Assembly: GCA_002269645.1 (NCBI GenBank)
Contig: NIVC01003778.1
Coordinates: 13,151-77,150 of the forward strand
Reading direction: 5' to 3'
DNA length: 64,000 nt
DNA from: Macrostomum lignano
Lineage: Eukaryota
Shown here piece by piece: positions 47,501 through 59,463 of this stretch. Position 1 is the first letter of the stretch; each line of letters starts with the position of its first letter. The translations under genes were made by a program, and so were the position numbers. The notes beneath the pieces are model-generated. The model had not been told where the DNA came from. It saw only the letters and a list, made by a program, of their open reading frames with translations, and did no database searches.

Positions 47501-50500
47501 CCTCTCCAGTCACTGTTTCTCCCTCTCCAGTCACTGTTTCTTCCCTCCCAGTCACTGTTTCTTCTTCTCCAGTCACTGTTTCTCCTCTCCAGTCACTGTT
47601 TCTCCCTCCAGTCACTGTTTCTTCCTTCTCCAGTCACTGTTTCTCCCCTCTCCAGTCACTGTTTCTTCCCTCCAGTCACTGTTTCTTCCTTCTCCAGTCA
47701 CTGTTTCTCCTTCTCCAGTCACTGTTTCTCCCTCCAGTCACTGTTTCTTCCTTCTCCAGTCACTGTTTCTTCCTTCTCCAGTCACTGTTTCTCCCCTCCC
47801 CAGTCACTGTTTCTTCCTTCTCCAGTCACTGTTTCTCCCCTCCCCAGTCACTGTCTTCTTCCTTCTCCAGTCACTGTTCTTCCTTCTCCAGTCACTGTTT
47901 CTTCCCTCCCTCAGTCACTGTTTTCCTCCCAGTCACTGTTTCTTCCTTCTCCAGTCACTGTTTCTCCCTCCCCAGTCACTGTTTCTCCTCCTCCAGTCAC
48001 TGTTTCTTCCTTCTCCAGTCACTGTCTCTCCCCTCCCCAGTCACTGTTTCTTCCTTCCCAGTCACTGTCTCTTCCTTCTCCAGTCACTGTTTCTCCCCTC
48101 CCCAGTCACTGTTTCTCCCCTCCCCAGTCACTGTCTCTTCCTTCTCCAGTCACTGTTTCTCCCCTCCCCAGTCACTGTTTCTCCCCTCCCCAGTCACTGT
48201 TCTCCTTCTCCAGTCACTGTTTCTTCCCCCCAGTCACTGTTTCCCCTCCCCAGTCACTGTCTCTTCCTTCTCCAGTCACTGTCTCTTCCTTCTCCAGTCA
48301 CTGTCTCTCCCCTCCCCAGTCACTGTTTCTTCCTTCTCCAGTCACTGTTTCTTCCTTCTCCAGTCACTGTTTCTCCCTCCCAGTCACTGTTTCTCCCTCC
48401 CCAGTCACTGTTTCTTCCTTCTCCAGTCACTGTTTCTCCCTCCAGTCACTGTTTTCCCTCCAGTCACTGTTTCTTCCTTCTCCAGTCACTGTTTCTCCCC
48501 TCCCAGTCACTGTTTCTTCCCTCCAGTCACTGTTTCTCCTTCTCCAGTCACTGTTTCTTCCTTCTCCAGTCACTGTTTCTCCCCTCCCCAGTCACTGTTT
48601 CTTCCTTCTCCAGTCACTGTTTCTCCCTCCCAGTCACTGTTTCTTCCTTCTCCAGTCACTGTTTCTTCCCTCTCCAGTCACTGTTTCTTCCTTCTCCAGT
48701 CACTGTTTCTTCCTTCTCCAGTCACTGTTTCTTCCTTCTCCAGTCACTGTTCTCCCTCCAGTCACTGTTTCTCTCCAGTCACTGTTTCTTCCTCTCCAGT
48801 CACTGTTTCTTCCTTCCTCAGTCACTGTTTCTCCTCCCCAGTCACTGTTTCTTCCTTCTCCAGTCACTGTTTCTCCTTCTCCAGTCACTGTTTCTTCCTT
48901 CTCCAGTCACTGTTTCTTCCTTCTCCAGTCACTGTTTCTTCCTTCTCCAGTCACTGTTTCTTCCTTCTCCAGTCACTGTTTCTTCCTTCTCCAGTCACTG
49001 TTTCTTCCTTCTCCAGTCACTGTTTCTTCCTTCTCCAGTCACTGTTTCTTCCTTCTCCAGTCACTGTTTCTTCCTTCTCCAGTCACTGTTTCTTCCTTCT
49101 CCAGTCACTGTTTCTTCCTTCTCCAGTCACTGTTTCTTCCTTCTCCAGTCACTGTTTCTTCCTTCTCCAGTCACTGTTTCTCCCCTCCCCAGTCACTGTT
49201 TCTTCCTTCTCCAGTCACTGTTTCTTCCCCTCCAGTCACTGTTTCTCCTTCCCAGTCACTGTTTCTTCCTTCTCCAGTCACTGTTCTTCTTCTCCAGTCA
49301 CTGTTTCTCCCCTCCAGTCACTGTTCTTCCTTCTCCAGTCACTGTTTCTTCCTTCTCCAGTCACTGTTTCTCCCTCCCAGTCACTGTTTCTTCCTTCTCC
49401 AGTCACTGTTCTTCCTTCCCAGTCACTGTTTCTTCTCTCCAGTCACTGTTTCTTCCCTCTCCAGTCACTGTTCTTCCTTCTCCAGTCACTGTTTCTCCTC
49501 CCAGTCACTGTTTCTTCCCTCCAGTCACTGTTTCTTCCTTCTCCAGTCACTGTTTCTCCCTCCAGTCACTGTTTCTTCCTCCAGTCACTGTTTCTCCCTC
49601 CCAGTCACTGTTTCTTCCTTCTCCAGTCACTGTTTCTCCCCTCCAGTCACTGTCTCTTCCTTCTCCAGTCACTGTCTCTTCCTTCTCCAGTCACTGTCTC
49701 TCCCTCCCAGTCACTGTTTCTTCCTTCTCCAGTCACTGTTTCTTCCTTCTCCAGTCACTGTTTCTTCCTTCTCCAGTCACTGTTTCTCCCCTCCCCAGTC
49801 ACTGTTTCTTCCTTCTCCAGTCACTGTTTCTCCCCTCCCCAGTCACTGTCTCTTCCTTCTCCAGTCACTGTCTCTTCCTTCTCCAGTCACTGTTCTCCCT
49901 CCCCAGTCACTGTTTCTCCCTGTCCAGTCACTGTCTCTTCCTTCTCCAGTCACTGTTTCTCCCCTCCCAGTCACTGTTTCTCCCCTCCCAGTCACTGTTT
50001 CTCCCCTCCCAGTCACTGTTTCTTCCTTCTCCAGTCACTGTTTCTCCCTCCCAGTCACTGCTCTTCCTTCTCCAGTCACTGTTTCTCCCCTCCAGTCACT
50101 GTTTCTCCCTCCAGTCACTGTTTCTCCCTCCCCAGTCACTGTCTCTTCCTTCTCCAGTCACTGTCTCTTCCTTCTCCAGTCACTGTCTCTCCCCTCCCCA
50201 GTCACTGTTTCTTCCTTCTCCAGTCACTGTTTCTTCCTTCTCCAGTCACTGTTTCTTCCTTCTCCAGTCACTGTTTCTCCCCTCCCCAGTCACTGTTTCT
50301 TCCTTCTCCAGTCACTGTTTCTCCCCTCCCCAGTCACTGTCTCTTCCTTCTCCAGTCACTGTCTCTTCCTTCTCCAGTCACTGTCTCTCCCCTCCCCAGT
50401 CACTGTTTCTTCCCTGTCCAGTCACTGTCTCTTCCTTCTCCAGTCACTGTCTCTCCCCTCCCCAGTCACTGTTTCTCCCTCCCAGTCACTGTCTCTTCCT

Positions 50501-51680
50501 TCTCCAGTCACTGTTTCTCCCCTCCCCAGTCACTGTTTCTCCCCTCCCCAGTCACTGTCTCTCCCTCCCCAGTCACTGTTTCTTCCCTGTCCAGTCACTG
50601 TCTCTTCCTTCTCCAGTCACTGTTTCTCCCCTCCCCAGTCACTGTTTCTCCCCTCCCCAGTCACTGTCTCTTCCTTCTCCAGTCACTGTTTCTCCCCTCC
50701 CAGTCACTGTTTCTCCCCTCCCAGTCACTGTTTCTCCCCTCCCAGTCACTGTCTCTTCCTTCTCCAGTCACTGTCTCTTCCTTCTCCAGTCACTGTCTCT
50801 CCCCTCCCCAGTCACTGTTTCTCCCCTCCCCAGTCACTGTTTCTCCCCTCCCCAGTCACTGTTTCTTCCTTCTCCAGTCACTGTTTCTCCCCTCTCCAGT
50901 CACTGTTTCTTCCTTCTCCAGTCACTGTTTCTTCCTTCTCCAGTCACTGTTTCTCCCCTCTCCAGTCACTGTTTCTTCCTTCTCCAGTCACTGTTTCTTC
51001 CTTCTCCAGTCACTGTTTCTTCCTTCTCCAGTCACTGTTTCTCCCCTCTCCAGTCACTGTCTCTTCCTTCTCCAGTCACTGTTTCTCCCTCCCCAGTCAC
51101 TGTTTCTCCCCTCCCCAGTCACTGTTTCTTCCTTCTCCAGTCACTGTTTCTCCCCTCTCCAGTCACTGTTTCTTCCTTCTCCAGTCACTGTTTCTTCCTT
51201 CTCCAGTCACTGTTTCTCCCTCTCCAGTCACTGTTTCTTCCTTCTCCAGTCACTGTTTCTTCCTTCTCCAGTCACTGTCTCTTCCTTCTCCAGTCACTGT
51301 TTCTTCCTTCTCCAGTCACTGTCTCTTCCTTCTCCAGTCACTGTTTCTTCCCTGTCCAGTCACTGTTTCTTCCCTGTCCAGTCACTGTCTCTTCCTTCTC
51401 CAGTCACTGTTTCTTCCTTCTCCAGTCACTGTTTCTTCCTTCTCCAGTCACTGTTTCTTCCTTCTCCAGTCACTGTTTCTTTCTTCTCCAGTCACTGTCT
51501 CTTCCTTCTCCAGTCACTGTTTCTTCCCTGTCCAGTCACTGTCTCTTCCTTCTCCAGTCACTGTTTCTCCCCTCCCCAGTCACTGTTTCTCCCCTCCCCA
51601 GTCACTGTCTCTTCCTTCTCCAGTCACTGTTTCTCCCCTCCCCAGTCACTGTTTCTCCCCTCCCAGTCACTGTCTCTTCA
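41557..51680. repeat. ~10.1-kb pyrimidine-rich satellite, unit ~19-25 bp (CCAGTCACTGTTTCTTCCTTCT)
   Basis: Several hundred units with a near-invariant CAGTCACTGT core and variable C/T spacer. The lack of plus-strand stops explains the 2600-3547 aa ORFs. Confidence 0.97.
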
Positions 51681-52265
51681 CTCTTCTACACTTCCTTGGC
51701 TACTCACCTTCTCTATCACTAATTTGTTACCTCAGTATACATGTACATCTTTGCTTTACTCTACAAACTCTTCAGTAGGTATCCCCTCTCTATCCCAGAC
51801 TTCACGGCTTTTATCCTTAACACACATACATATAGTACAGCAGCTGCCAGTACATTATGCATACGCGAGCGCGAAGCTGGGCACGCATAGAAAAGTACAT
51901 CCGTACGTACGGGTAGACGCGATAGACGTACACATAAATGCTATCTAGACAATTTCCAGGAAACTTCTCTGCAGTAAAGAATGTATGATTATAATAGAAC
52001 TCTGACCATGTAGCTCGTACATCTTGACAATAAAGTACAGTTAATTTACCATCACAGAGCATCTCCCACAGCATTTGCTGGTTGAATACAATTGGCCCGC
52101 TCTGTGGAAGTTTATAGTTTTTTATGAATCGGGCAGAAAGAAGAAAGCACAGACCACACGTATATTAATATATACTAATGCGGCGATTGCACATTTACGG
52201 TTAGAGTTTTAATTAGAGTCTGAGCTCGATATCTACTGATTACTGATTAATTCATTCATTACCAT

Positions 52266-55200
52266 ATGCGAAGCTTCTACCTGTGCGGCGCCCAGAGCGT
52301 CGGCAAAACGACCCTAATTAGGGAATTGAACAGGCGGCCCGAGCTGGCAAGTCTCCGGATTGAAGTTATTGACGAGGTGGCTCGCAGTTTGATCAAACAA
52401 GACGGCATCGATTTGAATGTGTTCCAAGACTACAGGAATCACCAGGAGCAGTTCTATCAGTTTAATGTGAGCTTTCAGTCTTTTAGGCTTTTTATTAACC
52501 ACGCAGAAATTTTATTTTATTTTATTTTATTTAATATTATGATTCAGAAAAAGGCGCCTAAAATTAAATAATGAGGCGCTTTAAACTTGATAATGAGTCG
52601 CTTAAAACTAGATAATGAGGCGCCTAAAACTAATAGATAATGAGGCGCCTAAAACTACTACACAATAAGGCGCCTAAAACTAATAGATAGTGAGGCGCCT
52701 AAAACTAGATAATGAGGCACCTAAAACTAATAGATAATGAGGCACCTAAAACTAGATAATGAGGCACCTAAAACTAATAGATAATGTGGCACCTAAAACT
52801 AATAGACAATGAGGCACCTAAAACTAATAGATAATGAGGCACCTAAAACTAATAGATAATGAGGCGCCTAAAACTAATAGATAATGAGGCACCTAAAACT
52901 AATAGATAATGAGGCGCCTAAAACTAATAGATAATGAGGCACCTAAAACTAATAGATAATGAGGCACCTAAAACTAATAGATAATGAGGCGCCTAAAACT
53001 AATAGATAATGAGGCACCTAAAACTAGATAATGAGGCACCTAAAACTAATAGATATTGAGGCGTCTAAAACTAAATAATGCGGCGCCTAAAACTGCTAGA
53101 TAATGAGGCACCTAAAACTAATAGATAATGAGGCACCTAAAACTAATCGATAATGAGGCGCTTTAAACTTGATGAGTCGCTTAAAACTAGATAATGAGGC
53201 GCCTAAAACTAATAGATAGTGAGGCGCCTAAAACTAATAGATAATGAGGCGCCTAAAACTAATAGATAATGAGGCGCCTAAAACTAATAGATAATGAGGC
53301 GCCTAAAACTAATAGATAATGAGGCGCCTAAAACTAATAGATAGTGAGGCGCCTAAAACTAATAGATAATGAGGCGCCTAAAACTAATAGATAATGAGGC
53401 GCCTAAAACTAATAGATAATGAGGCGCCTAAAACTAATAGATAATGAGGCGCCTAAAACTAATAGATAATGAGGCGCCTAAAACTAATAGATAATGAGGC
53501 GCCTAAAACTAATAGATAATGAGGCGCCTAAAACTAATGGATAATGAGGCGCCTAAAACTAATAGATAATGAGGCGCCTAAAACTATTAGATAATGAGGC
53601 GCCTAAAACTAATAGATAATGAGGCGTCTAAAACTAATAGATAATGAGGCACCTTAAACTACGCTTCTAGATAATGAGGCTTCAAGGTTCCAAATGATGA
53701 TGCGCCACAAATTAATAATGATTAGCAGCATTAAAAGGCTTTGTTTATTCGTGAGGCTCAAGCCCAAAATTTTTCATCTCCGTTCCAGTCGGATGGTAAG
53801 CAGTGCTTACCATAGACTATTTGGCTTCTGACTGAGCCATAGATATTTTTTCTCTCCGTTCCGGTCGGCATGGTAAGCAATGCTTATCAATAGACATTCA
53901 GTCGGCTGGGGTAGAAAAATAAGCAAAAATGTACATTTAAGTAGCCTGTTTCTAGACTGAAAGCACACTGGTCCCTGTACAAGAGGAATGGGCAACACGA
54001 ACAGTATAAGAAACGTTCTTTTCCTAGCCCCAGTCAGTTCAAACAGAGAAGCTGATCCATCTCCTTACTCGTCTAGCTTTTTGACAGCTTATTCAGTCGT
54101 GCTTTATACTACAGTGGTTCTTTGACTCCTTAAGTTTTCGTTTCCTATACTTTATCTGTCTCAGTCTGGTTTGAGCCGAATACTAAAATCAGTTCTCAAA
54201 GAGCTTTGAAATGGCCCAAGTGGACGAAATGTCTGAACTCATGACATCGGACGACGAGGACTACCTCTTATCAGATGATTCTTCTGGTGAGTCAGATGTT
54301 CTGGACAGTGTTGATGAGGACGTACAGGTTGCTGATGAGTTGTCGTGGCGGCCTGCTATCGTTGGGAACGACGCATCGACGAGAGATATCGAGTTTTTCG
54401 GAACACCTGGCCTGAATCCTGGAATAATAGTGCCTGCCGATGTTGAGAACTCAACTTCCTTCTTCTTAGGTTTATTCCTGTCTGATTCGTTGTTTGAAGA
54501 TCTAGCTATGTGGACTAACCGTAGAGCTTGGGCAGCAATTCATTCATTGGATGCTGATGACCTGCCTGTGAGTTTGTTACAGTGGAACGAATGTAGCGCA
54601 AACGAAGTCAAGAAGTTGATTGGAATGTACCTGTACATGGGAAGCAACAAGAAGACTGAGATGAATGACTACTGGAGTACTGGCAGCTACCACTCGACAC
54701 CATACTTTCAAGCACCTGAGGCGCTCTCTAGAGACCGCTTCAAGCAATTGCTCGGCTTTCTTCGCTTTTATGATTGCCTTGAGGATCCCACACCTGGTGA
54801 TCCGTTGTACAAGATTCGTCCATTTTTGAACAATTTGCGTGACACCTGCGTGAACATCTACAGACCTGACGAAGAAATAAGTGTTGACGAATCGTTGGTT
54901 CTTTACAAAGGACGATTAGGCTTCAAGCAATACATTCCAACTAAGCGCGCCAGGTATGGCATCAAGGTGTACTGTGCTTGTGAGTCTGAAACAGGCTACT
55001 TGTTCAACTTTCGAGTTCATGCTACTCCGGAGGAGAATCGTAGATTTGCTTTAGATCCACAAAGCGGAAACCTGTCATTCAGCGAAAAAATTGTTGTCGA
55101 GCTTTGCCAAGATCTGTTGGACCAAGGCTACCGCATTTTTGCCGACAAGTGGTTTGGTTCTTATCGGTTGGCTAAGTACCTCCTGGATCGAGATACTCAT

Positions 55201-58200
55201 CTGACTTGCACCATACGAGCTGACCGAGGCGTGCCGATTGAGCTCAGGCAGTTAAATGTGCCGCCCAATGATGTCGGCTTCATGCGCAAGGGTGCCGTAC
55301 TGGCCGCAAAGATTGTTGAAAGAAAGGAAAGCGGTCTAAAAACGTTGTATTTGCTGGACACAAATGAGGCAGCATCAAAAGTTCCAGTCCGACGAATCGC
55401 CCGAGGTGGAGCAGCGGCTGCAGTGCAGAAGTGCCGCTCAGCTTTGAGTTACAACCGCTGCATGGGCGGCGTCGATCGAATGGACGGCCACATGCAGCCC
55501 TACCAGCCTGCTCGGAAAACCAGAAAATGGTTTTTGAAACTTGGTTTGCACCTGTGCTTGCAGATGGTCCGAAATGCTTGGATTGTATACTGTAAGTGCG
55601 GCGGCCGAAAGGTGTTCGTTAAGTTTCTGGAAGCCAGCATTCGTGAATTCGTGCAGAGCACTGGGATGAGCAGAAGGCGAGCAGCCGCTGCAGCTCAAGC
55701 CTTCGGCCAAGTCAGCCCGCATTTCCCAATGCGAATTGCGGCCCGAGAAAGTCAGCCAAGGCCAACTAAGCGGTGTCGCGTCTGCTACCGAGCTGAAAGA
55801 ATCAAACGATCAATTTACTGCTGCCCTGCGTGTCCAGGTGAACCAGGACTGTGTCTGGAGACCTGCTTTCAGCAATGGCATTCTTGAATTCTTGACAGTT
55901 TTTGTTCCCAGTGCACGCATGCTGGAAGAATATTTCCTGCTATATTCCCTTCTATACGTGTGCCTGAAAGAAAATTGAGGAAATGGGTTTCTCCCAGTTA
56001 GCTTCTTCTTTCTGAGACTATAATTAAAAATTAATTCAGAATACTAGTGGCGCTAACATCTCGAGTTGCTGAGAATGCGCCATAAAATTGTTTGAATGAA
56101 TGCCAAAAACGAATCGTTTGTATACTTCGTGATAAAACATCTTTAAAGATCTAAGAAACAAGTGATAGTAATTAAATAACATTTACTTTTTCTGTTATCA
56201 ATTCTGTCCTGCTCCAAATACGGGTTTATGCGGGGGCAAAGAGGGCAACTGCCCCCCAAACAACTTACATCTGTGGCGCCCCCAGCTGCGCAGCTCGCCT
56301 TTGTTGTGTCTTTTCCCTTTGCTGCCGCCTCCTAGGTACAAAAATTCTGCACTACTTAATAATTTCCTGGGTCAAAAAAATCTGCATCCGCCTCTGTTCT
56401 GCTGACATTTTTCATGTCCCAGTTTTCATGTTTGCATCATACGCTGGTACGAGTAGATTGTTTCTCTTCAGAAAATTTTAATTAACTTACGCGTACGGTG
56501 TTACTCAATTTATTCTTACTCAATTGTTTTCTCACTCAGCAAAAATATACATCAAATTTATATAAACGAAAACTGATCTTACTGTATACAGTTGTATTTC
56601 AAGGAAGCTGAAATTTTTGTACCGTCTGTTGGTTATTTTGATTGAGAAAGAGATCTAAACTACGAGTAAAAAAATCAGGGAAGCTATCGTTCTAAAAGTT
56701 CTGCTTACCATAGCCGACCGGAACGGAGTGTGAATTTTACCATAGATTATATTTGATCTGAATCATCTGACTTCTGCCTAGACTGAAACTAGGGTGTGCG
56801 CATGGTAAGCAGTGCTTACCATCAGACTTTTGGAGGTTAAAACAAAGGACTTCAAATTAAATTTACGTCAAGCCAACTGACTAGCAAGCTAAAAAACTTT
56901 GCCCATTTGAATTGCCACAGCTGAAGCTGGTCAGCCGCTATCTGGATATGGCTCGACAAGACCGACTTGATGACGATTCTAGCGACAGATTGAAGCTGTA
57001 CGACAGATCTGGGCTTGACGCTGTCAACTACATCTGCACTTATCTGCCTCATCTGAGCCATCGGATGCTGGGGGAGGCGGCTGTGAAGCATCTGATTGAC
57101 GAGTGAGCGGTGATTTTGTATTGATCTGTAACGGAGAAAAGTACATGTAACATATGCTGTTAGCTCGTTGACTTAAGTCACTGACTTACTCATCCGGTCA
57201 CTGGTTCACTACTTGTGCATCACTGGTTCACTACTTGTGCATCACTGGTTCACTACTTGTGCATCACTGGTTCACTACTTGTGCATCACTGGTTCACTAC
57301 TTGTGGATCACTGGTTCACTACTTGTGGATCACTGGTTCACTACTTGTGCATCACTGGTTCACTACTTGTGCATCACTGGTTCACTACTTGTGCATCACT
57401 GGTTCACTACTTGTGCATCACTGGTTCACTACTTGTGGATCACTGGTTCACTACTTGTGCATCACTGGTTCACTACTTGTGCATCACTGGTTCACTACTT
57501 GTGGATCACTGGTTCACTACTTGTGGATCACTGGTTCACTACTTGTGGATCACTGGTTTACTACTTGTGGGTCACGGGTTCACTACTTGTGGGTCATAGA
57601 TTCACGAGGTTACACGGATTCATGTGGCATTCCTAATCTTTTGATTCACAATTGGTATCCCTTGATTCCCAGGATATCACAGATTCACAGGGAATCACAA
57701 ATTCACGGGTATCACAGATTCACGGGTATCACAGATTCACGGGTATCACAGATTCACGGGGGTATCACAGATTCACAGGAAAGCACAGATTCACGGGTAT
57801 CACAGATTCACGGGTATCACAGATTCACGGGTATCACAGATTCACGGGTATCACAGATTCACGGGGGTATCACAGATTCACGGGGGTATCACAGATTCAC
57901 AGGGAAGCACAGATTCACGGGTATCACAGATTCACGGGTATCACAGATTCACGGGGGTATCACAGATTCCCAGGGAAGCACAGATTCACGGGAAATCACA
58001 GATTCACAATACACTGATCAAAAGAAATTTCCCGCCGCTGCCGAATGCACAGATACTCCAGCAGTAGCGCATCCGTATCGTTCATCGTGATGGACCCCCA
58101 AGCAGAGTTTATCGAGCACGACAACGTGAGACTGCCGCCTCAACTACCGGAGCTGCAAAAGTACACAGAGAACTTGAGGCAGCTACTCGAACAGCGGGGC

Positions 58201-58305
58201 ATCCCGAGGGTCGACTTGCCTGAACGCGATTTGGATATTCGAGTGCAACGAGTTTCCGAACTGTTGCTTAACAGGGACGGAAATAGAAAAGAACTCGACG
58301 ATTGA
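52266..58305 (+). CDS. NadR-like / AAA_28-family P-loop NTPase or kinase, exons 52266-52466, 56921-57102, 58053-58305 (211 aa)
   Basis: Walker A GAQSVGKTT, IDEVARSLI, LYDRSGLDAVNY and C-terminal VMDP...LRQLLEQRGIPRVDL...RVQRV match the AAA_28 pattern. Splice phases 0 and 2 join cleanly. Confidence 0.8.
52570..53680. repeat. 25-bp minisatellite (TAATAGATAATGAGGCGCCTAAAAC)
   Basis: About 44 copies in intron 1 of the P-loop gene. Confidence 0.95.
53775..56840 (+). mobile_element. piggyBac-family DNA transposon, ~3.06 kb
   Basis: Bipartite inverted end repeats (53793-53813 and 53854-53879 versus 56702-56728 and 56802-56822). Right end is GGAGG|TTAA (TTAA at 56837-56840); no left TTAA is visible. 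Confidence 0.8.
54211..55887 (+). CDS. piggyBac transposase (PGBD4-like), 558 aa, uninterrupted
   Basis: Acidic N-terminus, SRDRFKQLLGFLRF, SVDESLV (D226), KQYIPTKRARYGIK, ADKWF (D312), YNRCMGGVDRMD (D422) and C-terminal Cys-rich domain CRVC...CPAC...C...CF..WH. Confidence 0.95.
   Translation: MAQVDEMSELMTSDDEDYLLSDDSSGESDVLDSVDEDVQVADELSWRPAIVGNDASTRDIEFFGTPGLNPGIIVPADVENSTSFFLGLFLSDSLFEDLAMWTNRRAWAAIHSLDADDLPVSLLQWNECSANEVKKLIGMYLYMGSNKKTEMNDYWSTGSYHSTPYFQAPEALSRDRFKQLLGFLRFYDCLEDPTPGDPLYKIRPFLNNLRDTCVNIYRPDEEISVDESLVLYKGRLGFKQYIPTKRARYGIKVYCACESETGYLFNFRVHATPEENRRFALDPQSGNLSFSEKIVVELCQDLLDQGYRIFADKWFGSYRLAKYLLDRDTHLTCTIRADRGVPIELRQLNVPPNDVGFMRKGAVLAAKIVERKESGLKTLYLLDTNEAASKVPVRRIARGGAAAAVQKCRSALSYNRCMGGVDRMDGHMQPYQPARKTRKWFLKLGLHLCLQMVRNAWIVYCKCGGRKVFVKFLEASIREFVQSTGMSRRRAAAAAQAFGQVSPHFPMRIAARESQPRPTKRCRVCYRAERIKRSIYCCPACPGEPGLCLETCFQQWHS
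57195..57595. repeat. 22-bp minisatellite (TCACTGGTTCACTACTTGTGCA)
   Basis: About 18 copies in intron 2 of the P-loop gene. Confidence 0.95.
57665..58010. repeat. 17-bp minisatellite (GGGTATCACAGATTCAC)
   Basis: About 19 copies ending near the 58053 acceptor. Confidence 0.95.
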
Positions 58306-58639
58306 CTAACTACTGAAGTTTCAGTAGTACCGTCTGACCATTAATTTCCTTGAGTAGTATTTATTTCAAATGTTTATTAAAATTGTATACTTTACACTCC
58401 AAATACACGTGTCATACCGCTCGATCTTTTATCAGATAAGTTTACTTAAATATACAACGTAAAGTTTTGCATATAAGCATGCCAATAAAATTGCATTAGA
58501 TAGACTCCATAAAGTGAAACATAATTGTAACATGTAGATAATGGCTAGTTACTAAATTTACAAAAATCAAGGCTCTAAGCACTGATCAAGGATAAAGGAT
58601 ATTAGACTGAGATAAAGAGTAAAGCAAAAATCATAGCTG

Positions 58640-59375
58640 AAAGGACGCTGCGATGAAAAGGAGGGACGCTGAGATGAAAGGGAGGAACGCTGAGTTGAAG
58701 GAAAGGACGCTGAGATGAAAGAAGGGACCCTGAGATGAAAGGGAGGGACGCTGAGATGAAGGAAAGGACGCTGAGATGAAGGAAGGGACCCTGAGATGAA
58801 AGGAGGGACGCTGAGATGAAGGGAGGGACGCTGAGATGAAGGAAGGGACCCTGGGATGAAAGGAGGGACGCTGAGATGAAGGGAGGGACGCTAAGATAAA
58901 AGGAGGGACGCTGAGATGAATGGAGGGACTCTGAGATGAAGGGAGGGACCCTGAGATGAAGAGAGGGACCCTGAGATGAAGAGAGGGACGCTGAGATGAA
59001 GGAAGGGACCCTGAGATGAAAGTGAGGGACGCTGAGATGAAGGAAGGGACCCTGGGATGAAAGGAGGGACGCTGAGATGAAGGGAGGGACGCTAAGATAA
59101 AAGGAGGGACGCTGAGATGAATGGAGGGACTCTGAGATGAAGGGAGGGACCCTGAGATGAAGAGAGGGACCCTGAGATGAAGAGAGGGACGCTGAGATGA
59201 AGGAAGGGACCCTGAGATGAAAGTGAGGGACGCTGAGATGAAGGAAAGGACGCTGAGATGAAGGAAGGGACCCTGAGATGAAAGGAGGGACGCTGAGATG
59301 AAGGGAGGGACGCTGAGATGAAGGAAGGGACCCTGAGATGAAAGGGAGGGACGCTGAGATGAAGGGAGGGACTCT
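58640..59375. repeat. ~20-bp purine-rich minisatellite (GAGATGAAGGGAGGGACGCT)
   Basis: About 35 copies, between the convergent 3' ends of the P-loop and cyclase genes. Confidence 0.95.
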
Positions 59376-59463
59376 GGGATTAAGAGTCACAGCATTTCCT
59401 CTTCACTGTAACTTCCATTGCCAGATTTGAATCTGCTGCATAGCAACTCGTCAAAGCAGCATT

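Noticed and set aside
41305-51948. 2600-3547 aa Ser/Pro/Leu/Phe-rich ORFs
   Set aside because: All three plus frames are open only because the satellite lacks TAA/TAG/TGA, and frequent indels shuffle frames.
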